A DNA stretch of 64,000 nt from an uncultured Planctomycetia bacterium (GCA_964497315.1 CAZCCH010000001.1:56106-120105); one strand, 5' to 3'; shown: positions 11,052-21,715, numbered from the stretch's first letter. Translations and numbers: made by a program. The notes: generated by a model not told the origin, from the letters alone.

Positions 11052-11733
11052 TTAGTATCGCCTCCCCAACAATTAAATCAAAGGGTGTTGTAATCTTTAT
11101 ATTCTCACATAACCCATTTACTATCTTCACCCTCTGGCCAAGTTTTTCAACCAAACAAGAGTCATCTGTAGCATGGCATCTATTCCTGCCTGCTTTTTTG
11201 TAGGCAGCTAGAATTAAAGCCTTTTTAAAAACCTGCGGTGTTTGAACTTCCCATAAACTGCATCTATTGGTAGTTAACTTTACAAAATTACCTTCATTGG
11301 ATTGCTTTATTGTAGAAGTGGCTGGTATTGCCAAAATTGCAGCGCCAAATTTTTTAGCTTCAAGCATGCATTTGGTAACCGTGCCTTTACTTACAAATGG
11401 CCTTACGCCATCATGGATTAAAATCAACTCAGCATTTTTATCAACGACCTTTAAACCTTTTGATACTGAGTCGGCCCTAGTCTTTCCTCCTGCAATAATC
11501 TTTTTTATTTTCTTGAATTTATATTTTTTTACAACTGATCTAGATGTAGTTGTTATGTCTTTTTTGTTTGCTACAAGTATGATTTCATTAATACTCTTAA
11601 GGCTTTCAAATATTGCCAGTGTGTGTGCCAGTATGGGCTTTCCCCCAAGAAGAATGTAGGGCTTTCTTGTTCTAAAAGCCCTTTTCATTCTTTTTGAATT
11701 GCCCGCGGCAACAATTATAGCCGATACTTTCAT
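11029..11733 (-). CDS. ispD: 2-C-methyl-D-erythritol 4-phosphate cytidylyltransferase
   Basis: AAGNSKRM, IHDGVRP, VQTPQ, TDD, NIKITT. Confidence 0.95.
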   Translation of the reverse strand: MKVSAIIVAAGNSKRMKRAFRTRKPYILLGGKPILAHTLAIFESLKSINEIILVANKKDITTTSRSVVKKYKFKKIKKIIAGGKTRADSVSKGLKVVDKNAELILIHDGVRPFVSKGTVTKCMLEAKKFGAAILAIPATSTIKQSNEGNFVKLTTNRCSLWEVQTPQVFKKALILAAYKKAGRNRCHATDDSCLVEKLGQRVKIVNGLCENIKITTPFDLIVGEAILNASRYRI

Positions 11734-12759
11734 TTAGCTTCTGTGTTTGTTTTTAGGCCTTTGAGGATGCTGCGGCTTTGCAAAAATCATTCTTCCTGCT
11801 GATGTTTGTAATACACTTGTGATGGTTACGTTAAGGCTAGAACCTATCATATGCTTTGCATCATCTACAACCACCATGGTTCCATCTTCAAGGTATGCCA
11901 CGGCCTGGCTGTATTCCTTGCCTTCTTTTATCAAGCGAACTTCCATGATTTCTCCAGGTAGGACTACAGGCTTAAGGGCGTTTGCCAAGTCATTTATATT
12001 CAACACAGGTACTCCCTGCAGCTCTGAGATCTTATTAAGGTTATAATCGGTAGTCAGAACTTTGGCATTTAAAACCTTGGCAAGTTTTACAAGTTTAGCA
12101 TCCACGTCTGTCAGCTCTGGGAAATCCTCATCGTGAATCTTTATATCCATAGCCTTCAGTTTCTTTATGCGGTTTAAAATGTCTAATCCTCGTCGACCTC
12201 TGTTGCGCTTTAATGCATCCTGGGAATCAGCGATTTGCTGAAGTTCTCTTAAGACGAATCTTGGGACTATAAACCTACCCTCTAGGAATTTAGTCTGGCA
12301 AAGGTCTGCTATCCTGCCATCAATTATCGCACTGGTATCCAGTACTATAAACATTTCGCTTTGATGCTGTCTGGAAAATTTTATATACGGAATAATCACA
12401 CTAAATTCATCCCTTCCCCTTATTGCAATGACCATACCAAGATAACAGAATATTACCGTAAGGATTAATTGCAAAGAAGAAGCAAAGAGTTTATCCATTG
12501 GAACAAGTACAAAGGCATCCGTAATAAACTTGGCCATAATCATACCAAAAATCAAACCAAAGACCGCTGAAGAAAGCCCTCTTACGGAAACCTTCCTCAT
12601 CCCAAATTCAAAAGCTATAATTGCACATGATAAAAGAAACCCAATGGCAGCTCCGAATAAATCAGGCCTGCCGCCACCACTCATAAATGGGACTCCTATT
12701 TGATAACCAACTACAGTACTTACAACTATAAAAAATACCCTTATAAAAATAATAGTCAC
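11734..12759 (-). CDS. Membrane PIN/TRAM domain protein (YacL-like)
   Basis: N-terminal TMs; LDTSAIIDGRI, RGRRGLDIL, TTDYNLNK, YLEDGTMVVV, LQTSAGRMIFA. Confidence 0.9.
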   Translation of the reverse strand: MTIIFIRVFFIVVSTVVGYQIGVPFMSGGGRPDLFGAAIGFLLSCAIIAFEFGMRKVSVRGLSSAVFGLIFGMIMAKFITDAFVLVPMDKLFASSLQLILTVIFCYLGMVIAIRGRDEFSVIIPYIKFSRQHQSEMFIVLDTSAIIDGRIADLCQTKFLEGRFIVPRFVLRELQQIADSQDALKRNRGRRGLDILNRIKKLKAMDIKIHDEDFPELTDVDAKLVKLAKVLNAKVLTTDYNLNKISELQGVPVLNINDLANALKPVVLPGEIMEVRLIKEGKEYSQAVAYLEDGTMVVVDDAKHMIGSSLNVTITSVLQTSAGRMIFAKPQHPQRPKNKHRS

Positions 12760-12798
12760 TTAACTTCTCACCTCCTTTTTTAAAATTTTATCCACTTT

Positions 12799-14289
12799 TC
12801 AATCTGCTACCTTAAACCCCGAGAAAAAAGTAGAAGTTGAATCTGCGTAAAGTGTTCTATTGTTATCCGTATCACCATTTGCTACACGTACCTCAAAATA
12901 ATCGTTAATTCCATCGGCAGATACCAGTTTTGAAATGCTGCGAACAGCAGATGAAACGCTAGCAGTTTTATCTATGCCATAAGCAACAATTGTTTCTTTC
13001 TTGTAGATATATACTCTGCGATGTAAATTCTTATTAGCCATTCGTACGGATGCAGTCAAAAAGTATTTACCTGGCTTTTTTGGCTTAAATCTATCTGTGG
13101 TAAGGTCAAACTCATCATTTGTATCAAAATCCTCGGTTGACCAATCAACCAATACGTGATTATTTTTACTGTTCTTGGGCACAACTTGGTTAACATCATC
13201 TTTACAAACCGTGAAAGCAGAGTTGTTCCCTGCTCGTCGCCAGCTAGTCCCATTGTGCCATTTGAGAGTATTATTGTCTTGGGAATCAATAACAATATCT
13301 CCGGCAGCGCCTGTTGCGGGAAGTGCTGAAGGTTCTATGCGCATTCCATCAGTGCTAGCAACATGTAAGGTTCTTGCTGGAGTAGTCGTCCCAATGCCGA
13401 CGTTGCCATCTGTTTTGATAGTAAGTACGGTACCAGAACCAACATAGGGCAAGACTCCTTGAGGTGCATCGATTTTAAGTTTATCAGAATCATCATTATC
13501 AACACCAATACCCCAATCTTGTGCATCTGCTATAGTAAATAAAACTTGAGGGTCTCCACCCGAAGATCCAGCTGTCTTAATATCAAGCTGAGCACTGGAT
13601 AGGCCGTTAGTGTTATCGGTGTTATCTAATCGAATAATGCTATACTCGCCAGGTGTATCTTCGGAAACATGTAGATCGTGCGCTGGCGACGTCGTCCCGA
13701 TGCCGACGTTGCCAGTGGAACTTATAGAAATGTACTGTAGGCCAACAAGATTTATCAGCTTGAGAGAGTTATCGTTGTTGTTATAGATCAAAGAACCTTT
13801 AAGTTGAGTTGAAAGGCCTGGTTGGACCATTCCAAAACTGATGCTGTTTTGTCTATTGCTGGGAGAGTCTAGTGCAATAGCTACATTATCGCTTGCTGAT
13901 TCCATTCCAAGGAGTGTTCTTGGATCCGTCGTCCCGATGCCGACCTTGCCTGCGTCATAATAAATATTTGTTCCATTCGCTGCTGTTGTCCATGCGCCAC
14001 CACTTAAAGAAGTCCATCCTCCTGCATCTTCTTCGCAGTAATAAAGGCCTTTGGGGTTAGTACCTGTTCCATTATCAAAATAAAACATACCTTCTAGTTC
14101 TGAACCTGCAGCAACAGGTGGAGCAGCTCCAGGTGTAAGTGTAAGGGTTTCTGTTTCCAAGTCGTTATAGTTACCCGTAGGGGCTGGGTAGTAGGTTGTG
14201 AGTGTTATCTCCTCTGCTATGGCAGAAATAATACCCATTAAAACTATGCCCACTATAATAAGCGGGATGAGTCTATAAGAGTAGGTCAT
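12799..14289 (-). CDS. Exported surface/fibre-like protein with GNVGIGTT repeats and C1q-like C-terminal domain
   Basis: Signal peptide, EEITLTTYYPAP N-terminus, three G[NK]VGIGTT motifs, C-terminus with FDTNDEFD..RF.PKKPGKYFL and FSGFKV resembling C1q/TNF-like heads. Confidence 0.65.
   Translation of the reverse strand: MTYSYRLIPLIIVGIVLMGIISAIAEEITLTTYYPAPTGNYNDLETETLTLTPGAAPPVAAGSELEGMFYFDNGTGTNPKGLYYCEEDAGGWTSLSGGAWTTAANGTNIYYDAGKVGIGTTDPRTLLGMESASDNVAIALDSPSNRQNSISFGMVQPGLSTQLKGSLIYNNNDNSLKLINLVGLQYISISSTGNVGIGTTSPAHDLHVSEDTPGEYSIIRLDNTDNTNGLSSAQLDIKTAGSSGGDPQVLFTIADAQDWGIGVDNDDSDKLKIDAPQGVLPYVGSGTVLTIKTDGNVGIGTTTPARTLHVASTDGMRIEPSALPATGAAGDIVIDSQDNNTLKWHNGTSWRRAGNNSAFTVCKDDVNQVVPKNSKNNHVLVDWSTEDFDTNDEFDLTTDRFKPKKPGKYFLTASVRMANKNLHRRVYIYKKETIVAYGIDKTASVSSAVRSISKLVSADGINDYFEVRVANGDTDNNRTLYADSTSTFFSGFKVAD
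13385..13950. repeat. Three dispersed 23-bp direct repeats GTCGTCCC(A/G)ATGCCGAC(G/C)TTGCC at 13385-13407, 13691-13713, 13928-13950
   Basis: Read directly; 1-2 mismatches between copies; encode G[NK]VGIGTT on the minus strand. Confidence 0.9.
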
Positions 14290-15656
14290 TTTAGTACCCT
14301 CCTAAGCACTGTATTCAGCGCTTCTTTTAGTTTCTCAACACCAATTAATTCCATATCTAAACTTAATTTTATATTTTTTAAATTTCCATTAGGAATTAAA
14401 GCCTTTTTAAATCCTAGCTTTCTAGCTTCTTTAAGCCTTGCTTCTATTTGACTCACTGCCCTTACTTCTCCACCTAAGCCTACCTCACCTACTATTACTG
14501 TATCTGTCTGTGTTGGTATTTCTTTAAGGCTTGAGGCTATGGCAGTGGCTGTGCCTAAGTCTGCTGCTGGCTCTGATACCTTGATACCCCCTGCAACATT
14601 TACAAAACAATCAGAATTAGACAGGTGCAAACCTACCTTTTTCTCTAATACTGCTATTAGAAGAGAAAGCTTGTTATAGTCAAGGCCTGTTGTCCTGCGC
14701 GTAGGTATGCCAAATGATGCACGAGCCACCAAGGCTTGGATTTCAACCAACAATGGCCTTGAGCCTTCTATGGTGGGTACAACTACAGAACCAGGGGTCC
14801 CTTTAGGTCTTTCTGATAAAAACATGACAGATGGATTGACAACCTCGCTTAAACCATGAGAATCCATTTCAAATACGCCTATTTCATTTGTTGAGCCAAA
14901 TCTATTTTTTACCGCACGCAAGATTCTAAAACTTGCAAACCTCTCCCCTTCAAAATAAAGAACAGTATCTACTAAATGCTCAAGTACCCTTGGGCCAGCT
15001 AACGCACCCTCTTTAGTAACATGCCCCACTAACAAAAGGCTGACTTCTTTCTTTTTTGAAAAAACAGTCAGGTTATGCGCACACTCTCTGACTTGACTAA
15101 CGCTCCCAGGGCTTGAAGATAGCTGTTCACAATGCATAACCTGTATTGAATCTATTACAACTACTTTTGGCTTTAAATCCTCTATATGCGTTTTTATTGC
15201 TTCTATATTAACCTCATTAAGGATGTAAAGATTATCTGTTTTAATATTAAGTCTTTCTGCGCGTAATTTAGTCTGCCTTGTGGATTCCTCGCCTGTTACA
15301 TAAAGAATCTTTCTTTGGTCAGAAGCCATTTTTTCACAAGCCTGAAGAAGCAAGGTTGATTTTCCTATACCCGGGTCTCCTCCGATTAAAACCACAGAAC
15401 CTAAAACAAGACCTCCCCCTAAAATTCTATCTAGTTCTTTTATGTTAGTCTTAATTCTTATATCGTCATCTATGCCTACCTGACTCAATGGCTTTAAATC
15501 TTCTTTGGATACTTTTGCTTTTGGCTTTGCGGAAGATTGAACTGTAAAAATCTCCTCTGCAATAGTATTCCATTGAGTACACTCAGGACATCTGCCGCTC
15601 CACTTGGGAGTTTGATAACCACAATTCTGACAGGAGAAAATTGTCTTTACTTTCAC
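14286..15656 (-). CDS. radA: DNA repair protein RadA/Sms
   Basis: C4 Zn finger, GGDPGIGKSTLL, KNRFG, Lon-like C-terminus. Confidence 0.97.
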   Translation of the reverse strand: MKVKTIFSCQNCGYQTPKWSGRCPECTQWNTIAEEIFTVQSSAKPKAKVSKEDLKPLSQVGIDDDIRIKTNIKELDRILGGGLVLGSVVLIGGDPGIGKSTLLLQACEKMASDQRKILYVTGEESTRQTKLRAERLNIKTDNLYILNEVNIEAIKTHIEDLKPKVVVIDSIQVMHCEQLSSSPGSVSQVRECAHNLTVFSKKKEVSLLLVGHVTKEGALAGPRVLEHLVDTVLYFEGERFASFRILRAVKNRFGSTNEIGVFEMDSHGLSEVVNPSVMFLSERPKGTPGSVVVPTIEGSRPLLVEIQALVARASFGIPTRRTTGLDYNKLSLLIAVLEKKVGLHLSNSDCFVNVAGGIKVSEPAADLGTATAIASSLKEIPTQTDTVIVGEVGLGGEVRAVSQIEARLKEARKLGFKKALIPNGNLKNIKLSLDMELIGVEKLKEALNTVLRRVLK

Positions 15657-16297
15657 TTTTTCTTGCGCTTGCTCCTTTTGGGTTTATGCAGTAATTTCCA
15701 GGGATTCTTCTTTATATCTTCCACAAATTCGCTTAAATCTTTGTAGACCTTTTCATCTGTCATTAGCTTACCTATGGTACCTTCGCCTCTTTTTACCTTT
15801 GACATAACCTCATTCAAAGAATCCAAGCTTTCCTGTGCCTCAAGGGCAATTTCATAGCCTTTTTGTTTAATCTTCTCCATTGGTATAGTATCATTCCCCA
15901 TTAAAACATCGCCCTCTTGAACCAAACCACTGCCTTTGGTGCCTGGCAATATTTCAAGGTATTTCTCACCCAAAAGCCCCAATGTATTTATATAGGCCTC
16001 TGCATCTTTTTCAATGCCTATGTGTTTTTCAACCCAGGCAGTAAGTTCAATTTGGTTTATTTTTTTTGTAGAATCATAAAATATCTTTATGTCCTCAACG
16101 CGTCCCACCTCTACGCCTGCGTACCTGACAGGGGAACCTTTTTCTATCCCATCGGCAAAATTAAATACAGTCTTTATCCGGCATCCTGGCCTGAAGACAT
16201 AAAAATCACCTATAGAAAATACAATATAGACCAATACCAGCAACCCAAAAAATACAAACACCCCTACCCTGAATTCAAATTTACTTTTATCAAGCAT
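15653..16297 (-). CDS. mlaD: MlaD/MCE family protein
   Basis: N-terminal TM, MCE motifs GSPVRYAGVEVGRV and GLLGEKYLEI. Confidence 0.88.
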   Translation of the reverse strand: MLDKSKFEFRVGVFVFFGLLVLVYIVFSIGDFYVFRPGCRIKTVFNFADGIEKGSPVRYAGVEVGRVEDIKIFYDSTKKINQIELTAWVEKHIGIEKDAEAYINTLGLLGEKYLEILPGTKGSGLVQEGDVLMGNDTIPMEKIKQKGYEIALEAQESLDSLNEVMSKVKRGEGTIGKLMTDEKVYKDLSEFVEDIKKNPWKLLHKPKRSKRKKK

Positions 16298-17051
16298 CGC
16301 TATTGCCCCCTGTAGTTATAGGACCAACTGCGGCCCCGGTAATAAACTGTTTAACGATCGGATTCTTGGTATTTTTGATTTGTTCGGGAGTGCCGATTTC
16401 TATAATCTTGCCCTCATAAAGCATGGCTATCCTATCAGCAATTTTATACGCACTGCTCATATCATGAGTTACAGCAATAGATGTAATTTTTAATTTATCA
16501 TGCAGATCTTTTATTAAATCATTTATGGCATCACCCATTATAGGGTCAATCCCTGTAGTTGGTTCATCGTACAACACAATGGTTGGATCCATGCATATCG
16601 CCCTAGCTAGACCTACGCGTTTTTTCATCCCACCGCTTAATTCAGATGGCATCAAACGTTCTATTCCCTCAAGTCCTACTAGAGCTAAGCAATTATTTAC
16701 TTTAGATTTAATTACGTCCTCATCAAGATCGGTATGTTCGATTAAGTTAAACCCTACATTTTCACCAACACTAAGCGAATCAAAAAGTGCGGCCCCTTGA
16801 AATAACATGCCAAAGCTAAGCCTTAACTGATCTAATTGTTTTTGTTCTATCTGGGTTAGGTCTTGTGAGTTTATCATAACTTTTCCTGAATCAGACTTCA
16901 TAACACCTATGATGTGTTTTAACAAAACGCTCTTACCGCAACCAGACCTTCCTATAATAACCATAGTCTCACCTGTCTGGATGGTAAGATTTACCCCCTT
17001 TAATACTTTTTTCTCGCCAAACGATTTGTATAAATCTACTATCTCTATCAT
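16290..17051 (-). CDS. mlaF: MlaF ABC ATPase
   Basis: GRSGCGKS, FQGAALFDSL, ELSGGMKKRVGLARA, DEPT. Confidence 0.9.
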   Translation of the reverse strand: MIEIVDLYKSFGEKKVLKGVNLTIQTGETMVIIGRSGCGKSVLLKHIIGVMKSDSGKVMINSQDLTQIEQKQLDQLRLSFGMLFQGAALFDSLSVGENVGFNLIEHTDLDEDVIKSKVNNCLALVGLEGIERLMPSELSGGMKKRVGLARAICMDPTIVLYDEPTTGIDPIMGDAINDLIKDLHDKLKITSIAVTHDMSSAYKIADRIAMLYEGKIIEIGTPEQIKNTKNPIVKQFITGAAVGPITTGGNSDA

Positions 17052-17052
17052 T

Positions 17053-17841
17053 TTAGAATGCAAAATAGAAAAATGCCGTAAATAGACAGTCCGCGGCGAT
17101 TATCAGGATAAAGGAAAGAACAACAGACAAAGTCGTTGCCTTTCCTACTCCCTCAGCGCCCCCTTTTGTAACAAATCCTTGATGACAGGCAACAATGCAT
17201 ATGATCATAGCAAAAAAGAATGCCTTAAGTAGACCTGTAAAGAAATCCTTCAGCACTAAAGGATCAAATGTCATGTTGATATACATATCCGAACCTATGC
17301 CTAATTTAAATACCCCTACTATATACCCACCAGCCATGCCGATAAAGTCTGCATATATGGTCAAAAGTGGCAGGACTACTATCAATGCTAAAAACCTAGG
17401 TACGACGAGGTACTTGACTGGATTTGTAGCCAATGTCTCTAAGGCGTCTATTTGCTCTGTTACATTCATAGTCCCAAGCTCTGCTGTTATAGAAGCCCCC
17501 ACCCTACCGGCTACAACAAGGGCTGTCAAGACAGGTCCAAGTTCTCTGCACATTGACAGTGCTACAAGACTTGCAATATACATTTGCGCTGAGATTTTCT
17601 GCATCTGATATGCGCTCTGCAAAGCAAGCACAACACCTGTAAACATAGAAGTAAGAAAAACTATCGGCAAACTTGCAACACCTATTTTTGCCATCTGATC
17701 AAAAACATGCCTTCGTTTAAAAGGCGGTACGAAACTCCAAAATACTGTCTGCACAAATAGACGTGAAGTCCCGCCGATGTATTCGGCAGCAGTAACTATT
17801 TTCTTACCAAATCTTTTAATCCAATTTTCCAGTTTTCCCAT
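17053..17841 (-). CDS. mlaE: MlaE ABC permease
   Basis: RELGPVLTAL, AELGTM.VTEQIDAL, GGAEGVGKATT. Confidence 0.92.
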   Translation of the reverse strand: MGKLENWIKRFGKKIVTAAEYIGGTSRLFVQTVFWSFVPPFKRRHVFDQMAKIGVASLPIVFLTSMFTGVVLALQSAYQMQKISAQMYIASLVALSMCRELGPVLTALVVAGRVGASITAELGTMNVTEQIDALETLATNPVKYLVVPRFLALIVVLPLLTIYADFIGMAGGYIVGVFKLGIGSDMYINMTFDPLVLKDFFTGLLKAFFFAMIICIVACHQGFVTKGGAEGVGKATTLSVVLSFILIIAADCLFTAFFYFAF

Positions 17842-17854
17842 TTTTTTGTTTTGT

Positions 17855-19255
17855 TTAAAATTTCAGTTTATGTTCCAAACTAAAAAATTCCTCATCTTTT
17901 TTAAGGCGCATTTTAACTCTTTGTTCTTCAGTAAGCTTGTATTCTATATCTAGCTCTTCTTTTAAATCTGACTCATCCCAAGCCTGCTCATCGTTTAAAT
18001 ATCCCATAAATGTAATACGTAAATCCTTACCTATATCCTTTTTCACCTTAATCTCAGGGGACTCTAAGGGCTTTGTTATATCCCAACCATTCCAGATAAT
18101 AGTCTCACTCCTAAAAGCCAAATCGAGAACCTTTTTATCGCTTGAGCATAACTGCTTCAAATCAATCGTTCCATCAAGCTTTAAAACATCTTCTTCTCTG
18201 AAAACTTTGGAATCCACAAACTTTAATGTCGAACCTTCGCCTTCTATATTTACATTGATATATCTATAATTCAAGCTTCTCATTTTGCCTTCTCCTAAAT
18301 CTAGGTGCCCTTTTGTTTTAAGATTTGTGAGTGGTCCTGTTAATTTTATCTGACCGTTAGCTTCTCCTAAGAGTATATCCTGTCGTTTGGGATTAGCCAA
18401 TGAGGAAATTTTGTTTAAGTCGGCTTTTTTAATATCCAAAACTAAGTCTGCTTCTCTTTCTCCGCTCAAGTTGCACCACCCTGAAAGTTTGTATTCATCT
18501 CCAAGTACTAAGGAAGAAATTTTTAAAACATCTCTCTCTATGTCGAACTTCGCCGTTAATTCCTCAAAGGGTTCATAATCTAAAACAGTCCCCGAACTGA
18601 TCAATTCGGCAGTTAATTTAGGTATATCGCTCTCACCAGAGGTGAAAAATTTTCCTTTGAGGTCTATTTTTGTAGAAAGATCAAACCTTGATATTTTAAA
18701 ATGGTCCAAGTCTAAAGATGCGCTAAAAGCTTTATCCGAAAAAGTGCCGGATACCTTAACTGGCCTTCTATTAATTTGGCCTGTTGTTAGAGAAGCTAGT
18801 TCAAATTTAAAATCTCTAGTCTCCTTTTTATCTAATGGCACCTCCAGGCGTCCGTTTAAACTTTTTAGAAAGCAAAATTTACCTGCAGAAGAAAGCCTCG
18901 CGTTTTCTATATCTAAAATCAGCGTCTTTGGCTTGGAGAAGTTCTTGTATTTTAGTTTATCGCATACTAAATGCCAAAGGGTTAAATTCGTAGTTACTTT
19001 TTCACTCTCAAACACAATTAAATTGCGCGCATCTTTTATTCTTACCTTTCTTAAAATCAAGGGTTGGAATGCGCCTCCTTGAAAATGCCTAAAATTCACT
19101 TTTGCACCTGCTGTTTTGCTTATGCTGTTTGCAAAAAAACTTTTAAGTGGCCACAAAAAGATATTTTGCTGACTCACAAAGATATTGACGATCAATATCA
19201 AAAGCAACGCAGATAGCAAAAACCTCAATCTTATTTTAAAAGTTAAATAGCGCAT
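17855..19255 (-). CDS. Hypothetical envelope protein, AsmA/TamB-like beta-rich
   Basis: N-terminal anchor, beta-strand-rich body, C-terminal Phe; adjacent to mlaEFD. Confidence 0.5.
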   Translation of the reverse strand: MRYLTFKIRLRFLLSALLLILIVNIFVSQQNIFLWPLKSFFANSISKTAGAKVNFRHFQGGAFQPLILRKVRIKDARNLIVFESEKVTTNLTLWHLVCDKLKYKNFSKPKTLILDIENARLSSAGKFCFLKSLNGRLEVPLDKKETRDFKFELASLTTGQINRRPVKVSGTFSDKAFSASLDLDHFKISRFDLSTKIDLKGKFFTSGESDIPKLTAELISSGTVLDYEPFEELTAKFDIERDVLKISSLVLGDEYKLSGWCNLSGEREADLVLDIKKADLNKISSLANPKRQDILLGEANGQIKLTGPLTNLKTKGHLDLGEGKMRSLNYRYINVNIEGEGSTLKFVDSKVFREEDVLKLDGTIDLKQLCSSDKKVLDLAFRSETIIWNGWDITKPLESPEIKVKKDIGKDLRITFMGYLNDEQAWDESDLKEELDIEYKLTEEQRVKMRLKKDEEFFSLEHKLKF

Positions 19256-19258
19256 AAT

Positions 19259-21700
19259 TTACTTTTCTGAACTAAATATCAATCGGTCATTCTTCACTGA
19301 AACCATAACGGGTATATTTTCCTTTAAGGACCCTGAAATTATCTCCTCAGCCAAGGGGTCTTCAACATAGCGCTGTATGGTCCTTTTTAAGGGCCTAGCT
19401 CCAAATACCCTATCAAACCCCTTCTCTATAAGAAATTCCTTAGCCTGTTTTGTAAGCTCTATGCTTATATTTCGCTCATGCAGTCTTTTTTGAACCTCGC
19501 CCACTTCAATCTCAATTATCTTCAGTAAGTCCTTCTTTGTGAGAGAGCGAAATACTATTACATCATCAAGCCTGTTTAAAAATTCAGGCTTGAATGTTTT
19601 CTTTACTTGCTCAAGAAGCTTTTCTTTCATCTCTTTATAGACAATCTCTTCCTTTGTTGGCTTAAAGCCTATGGAGCCCTGCTTCTGTAGCATTTCAGCA
19701 CCTATGTTTGAAGTCATAATCAAGACTGTGTTTCTAAAGTCCACTTTTCTTCCAAACGAATCTGTCAAGCGTCCTTCTTCTAAAACCTGCAACAATATGT
19801 TAAAGATGTCCGGATGTGCCTTTTCAATTTCATCAAGCAAAACTACTGAATATGGTTTTCGTCTTATTTTTTCAGTCAGCTGGCCACCCTCTTCATAACC
19901 CACATATCCTGGTGGCGCACCTACGAGTCTTGAAACATTGAATTTCTCCATGTATTCAGACATATCCAGCTGAATCATTGCATCTTCATCTCCAAACAGA
20001 AATTCCGCCAATGCCCTTCCGAGGAGCGTCTTTCCAACGCCTGTGGGCCCTAAAAAAACAAATGAACCTATGGGTTTTCTTCTGTCTTTCAAACCGGCAC
20101 GTGAACGCCTAATGGCCCTTGCAATAGCACCTATCGCTTCATCTTGACCAACCACTCTTTTGTGTAAATCTTCTTCTATCTTCATAAGCTTCTCAGATTC
20201 TTTTTCCTCAAGTCGCGACAATGGAATACCCGTCCATTTAGAAATAATATAAGCAACGTCTTCTGCTGTAATCTGAGGTGTTGTTTCTGCTTGTTTCTTT
20301 TTCCATTCAGCCTTTACTTTTTCCATGTCTGCCTTGGCTGTTCTTTCCTGGTCTCTTAACTTAGCTGCCTTTTCAAAATCCTGGCCTTTAATAGCTGCCT
20401 CTTTTTCCTTTTTTAAGTTTTCTATTTTTTCCTCTATTTCTTTTATGTTGGGGGGGGCTGTCATAACAGAAAGTCTCGAACGAGCCCCAGCCTCATCTAT
20501 CACATCTATAGCCTTATCTGGCAGGTGCCTTCCAGAGATATATCTTTCTGAAAGCTCTGCAGCTGCTTTTAAGGTCTCATCTAAAATCTTTACTCTATGG
20601 TGTGCTTCATATTTATCTCTCAATCCCTTTAATATTTCAATGCTTTCCTCTACAGAAGGAGGCTCAACCATGATAGTCTGAAATCTCCTCTCTAGGGCAG
20701 CATCTTTTTCAATATGCTTGCGGTACTCAGTGAGCGTGGTAGCACCTATGCACTGGATCTCACCTCGTGAGAGAGCGGGTTTTAATATGTTCGATGCATC
20801 TATTGCTCCTTCTGCCCCACCTGCACCAACTAATGTATGCAACTCATCAATAAAGATGATGATATTTTCAGAACGTTTTATCTCATCCATTACTGCCTTT
20901 ATGCGTTCTTCAAACTGGCCTCTATATTTTGTCCCTGCCACCATAAGTGCCAAATCCAGAATAATTACTTTTTTATCTCGCAAGATTTCCGGGATATCTC
21001 CTGCTATAATCTTCTGTGCAAGCCCTTCAACTATGGCAGTCTTGCCTACACCCGCTTCACCTAAAAGCACGGGATTGTTTTTAGTCCTTCGGGACAATAT
21101 CTGTGTAACCCGCTCAATTTCATCCTTTCTTCCGATTACAGGATCTAATTTATTTTCTTTTGCCAGAATCGTTAGGTTTCGACCAAAGGCATCTAGGGCC
21201 GGGGTCTTGCCCTTTCCGCTGCCAGGTGCTCCCGGATATTCTACTTCCGTATGCCCGGGCGTGGCTGAACCTAAAAGATTCATAACTTCACCCCTAACTT
21301 TATTTAAATCTAGTCCTAAATTTTGTAAAACCTGGGCAGCAACACCTTCTCCTTCTCTAATTAATCCCAAAAGAAGATGTTCTGTGCCAATATAGTTATG
21401 TCCTAAGTTTCTTGCTTCATCCATTGCTAACTCTATAACTTTTTTTGCCTTGGGTGTAAATGGTATATCCCCTGAAACTATTGTTGTAGGGCCCGGCTGG
21501 ACTAACTTTTCTACCTCAATGCGTATTCCTTCAGGACTTAAGCCTAAATTTTGCAATACAGCAGCTGCAACACCTTCTCCTTCTCTAATTAAACCTAAAA
21601 GGATATGCTCAGTGCCAATATAATCATGATTAAATCTCTTGGCTTCTTCCTTAGCCAGCAGTATGACTTTTCTTGCTCTTTCTGTAAACCTGTTGAACAT
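19259..21700 (-). CDS. clpC: ATP-dependent Clp protease ATPase ClpC
   Basis: Two Clp-N repeats, two AAA modules (GEAGVGKT, GPTGVGKT), UVR coil; follows mcsAB. Confidence 0.97.
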   Translation of the reverse strand: MFNRFTERARKVILLAKEEAKRFNHDYIGTEHILLGLIREGEGVAAAVLQNLGLSPEGIRIEVEKLVQPGPTTIVSGDIPFTPKAKKVIELAMDEARNLGHNYIGTEHLLLGLIREGEGVAAQVLQNLGLDLNKVRGEVMNLLGSATPGHTEVEYPGAPGSGKGKTPALDAFGRNLTILAKENKLDPVIGRKDEIERVTQILSRRTKNNPVLLGEAGVGKTAIVEGLAQKIIAGDIPEILRDKKVIILDLALMVAGTKYRGQFEERIKAVMDEIKRSENIIIFIDELHTLVGAGGAEGAIDASNILKPALSRGEIQCIGATTLTEYRKHIEKDAALERRFQTIMVEPPSVEESIEILKGLRDKYEAHHRVKILDETLKAAAELSERYISGRHLPDKAIDVIDEAGARSRLSVMTAPPNIKEIEEKIENLKKEKEAAIKGQDFEKAAKLRDQERTAKADMEKVKAEWKKKQAETTPQITAEDVAYIISKWTGIPLSRLEEKESEKLMKIEEDLHKRVVGQDEAIGAIARAIRRSRAGLKDRRKPIGSFVFLGPTGVGKTLLGRALAEFLFGDEDAMIQLDMSEYMEKFNVSRLVGAPPGYVGYEEGGQLTEKIRRKPYSVVLLDEIEKAHPDIFNILLQVLEEGRLTDSFGRKVDFRNTVLIMTSNIGAEMLQKQGSIGFKPTKEEIVYKEMKEKLLEQVKKTFKPEFLNRLDDVIVFRSLTKKDLLKIIEIEVGEVQKRLHERNISIELTKQAKEFLIEKGFDRVFGARPLKRTIQRYVEDPLAEEIISGSLKENIPVMVSVKNDRLIFSSEK

Positions 21701-21715
21701 TTAATACCTCCCAAA

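Noticed and set aside
13385-13950. 23-bp repeats as a CRISPR array
   Set aside because: Spacing is 240-310 bp, the repeats are in-frame in a CDS, and there are no cas genes; no CRISPR array was seen in the window
20325-21395. Plus-strand ORFs opposite clpC, and the many similar short plus-strand ORFs elsewhere
   Set aside because: Antisense shadows of well-supported conserved genes
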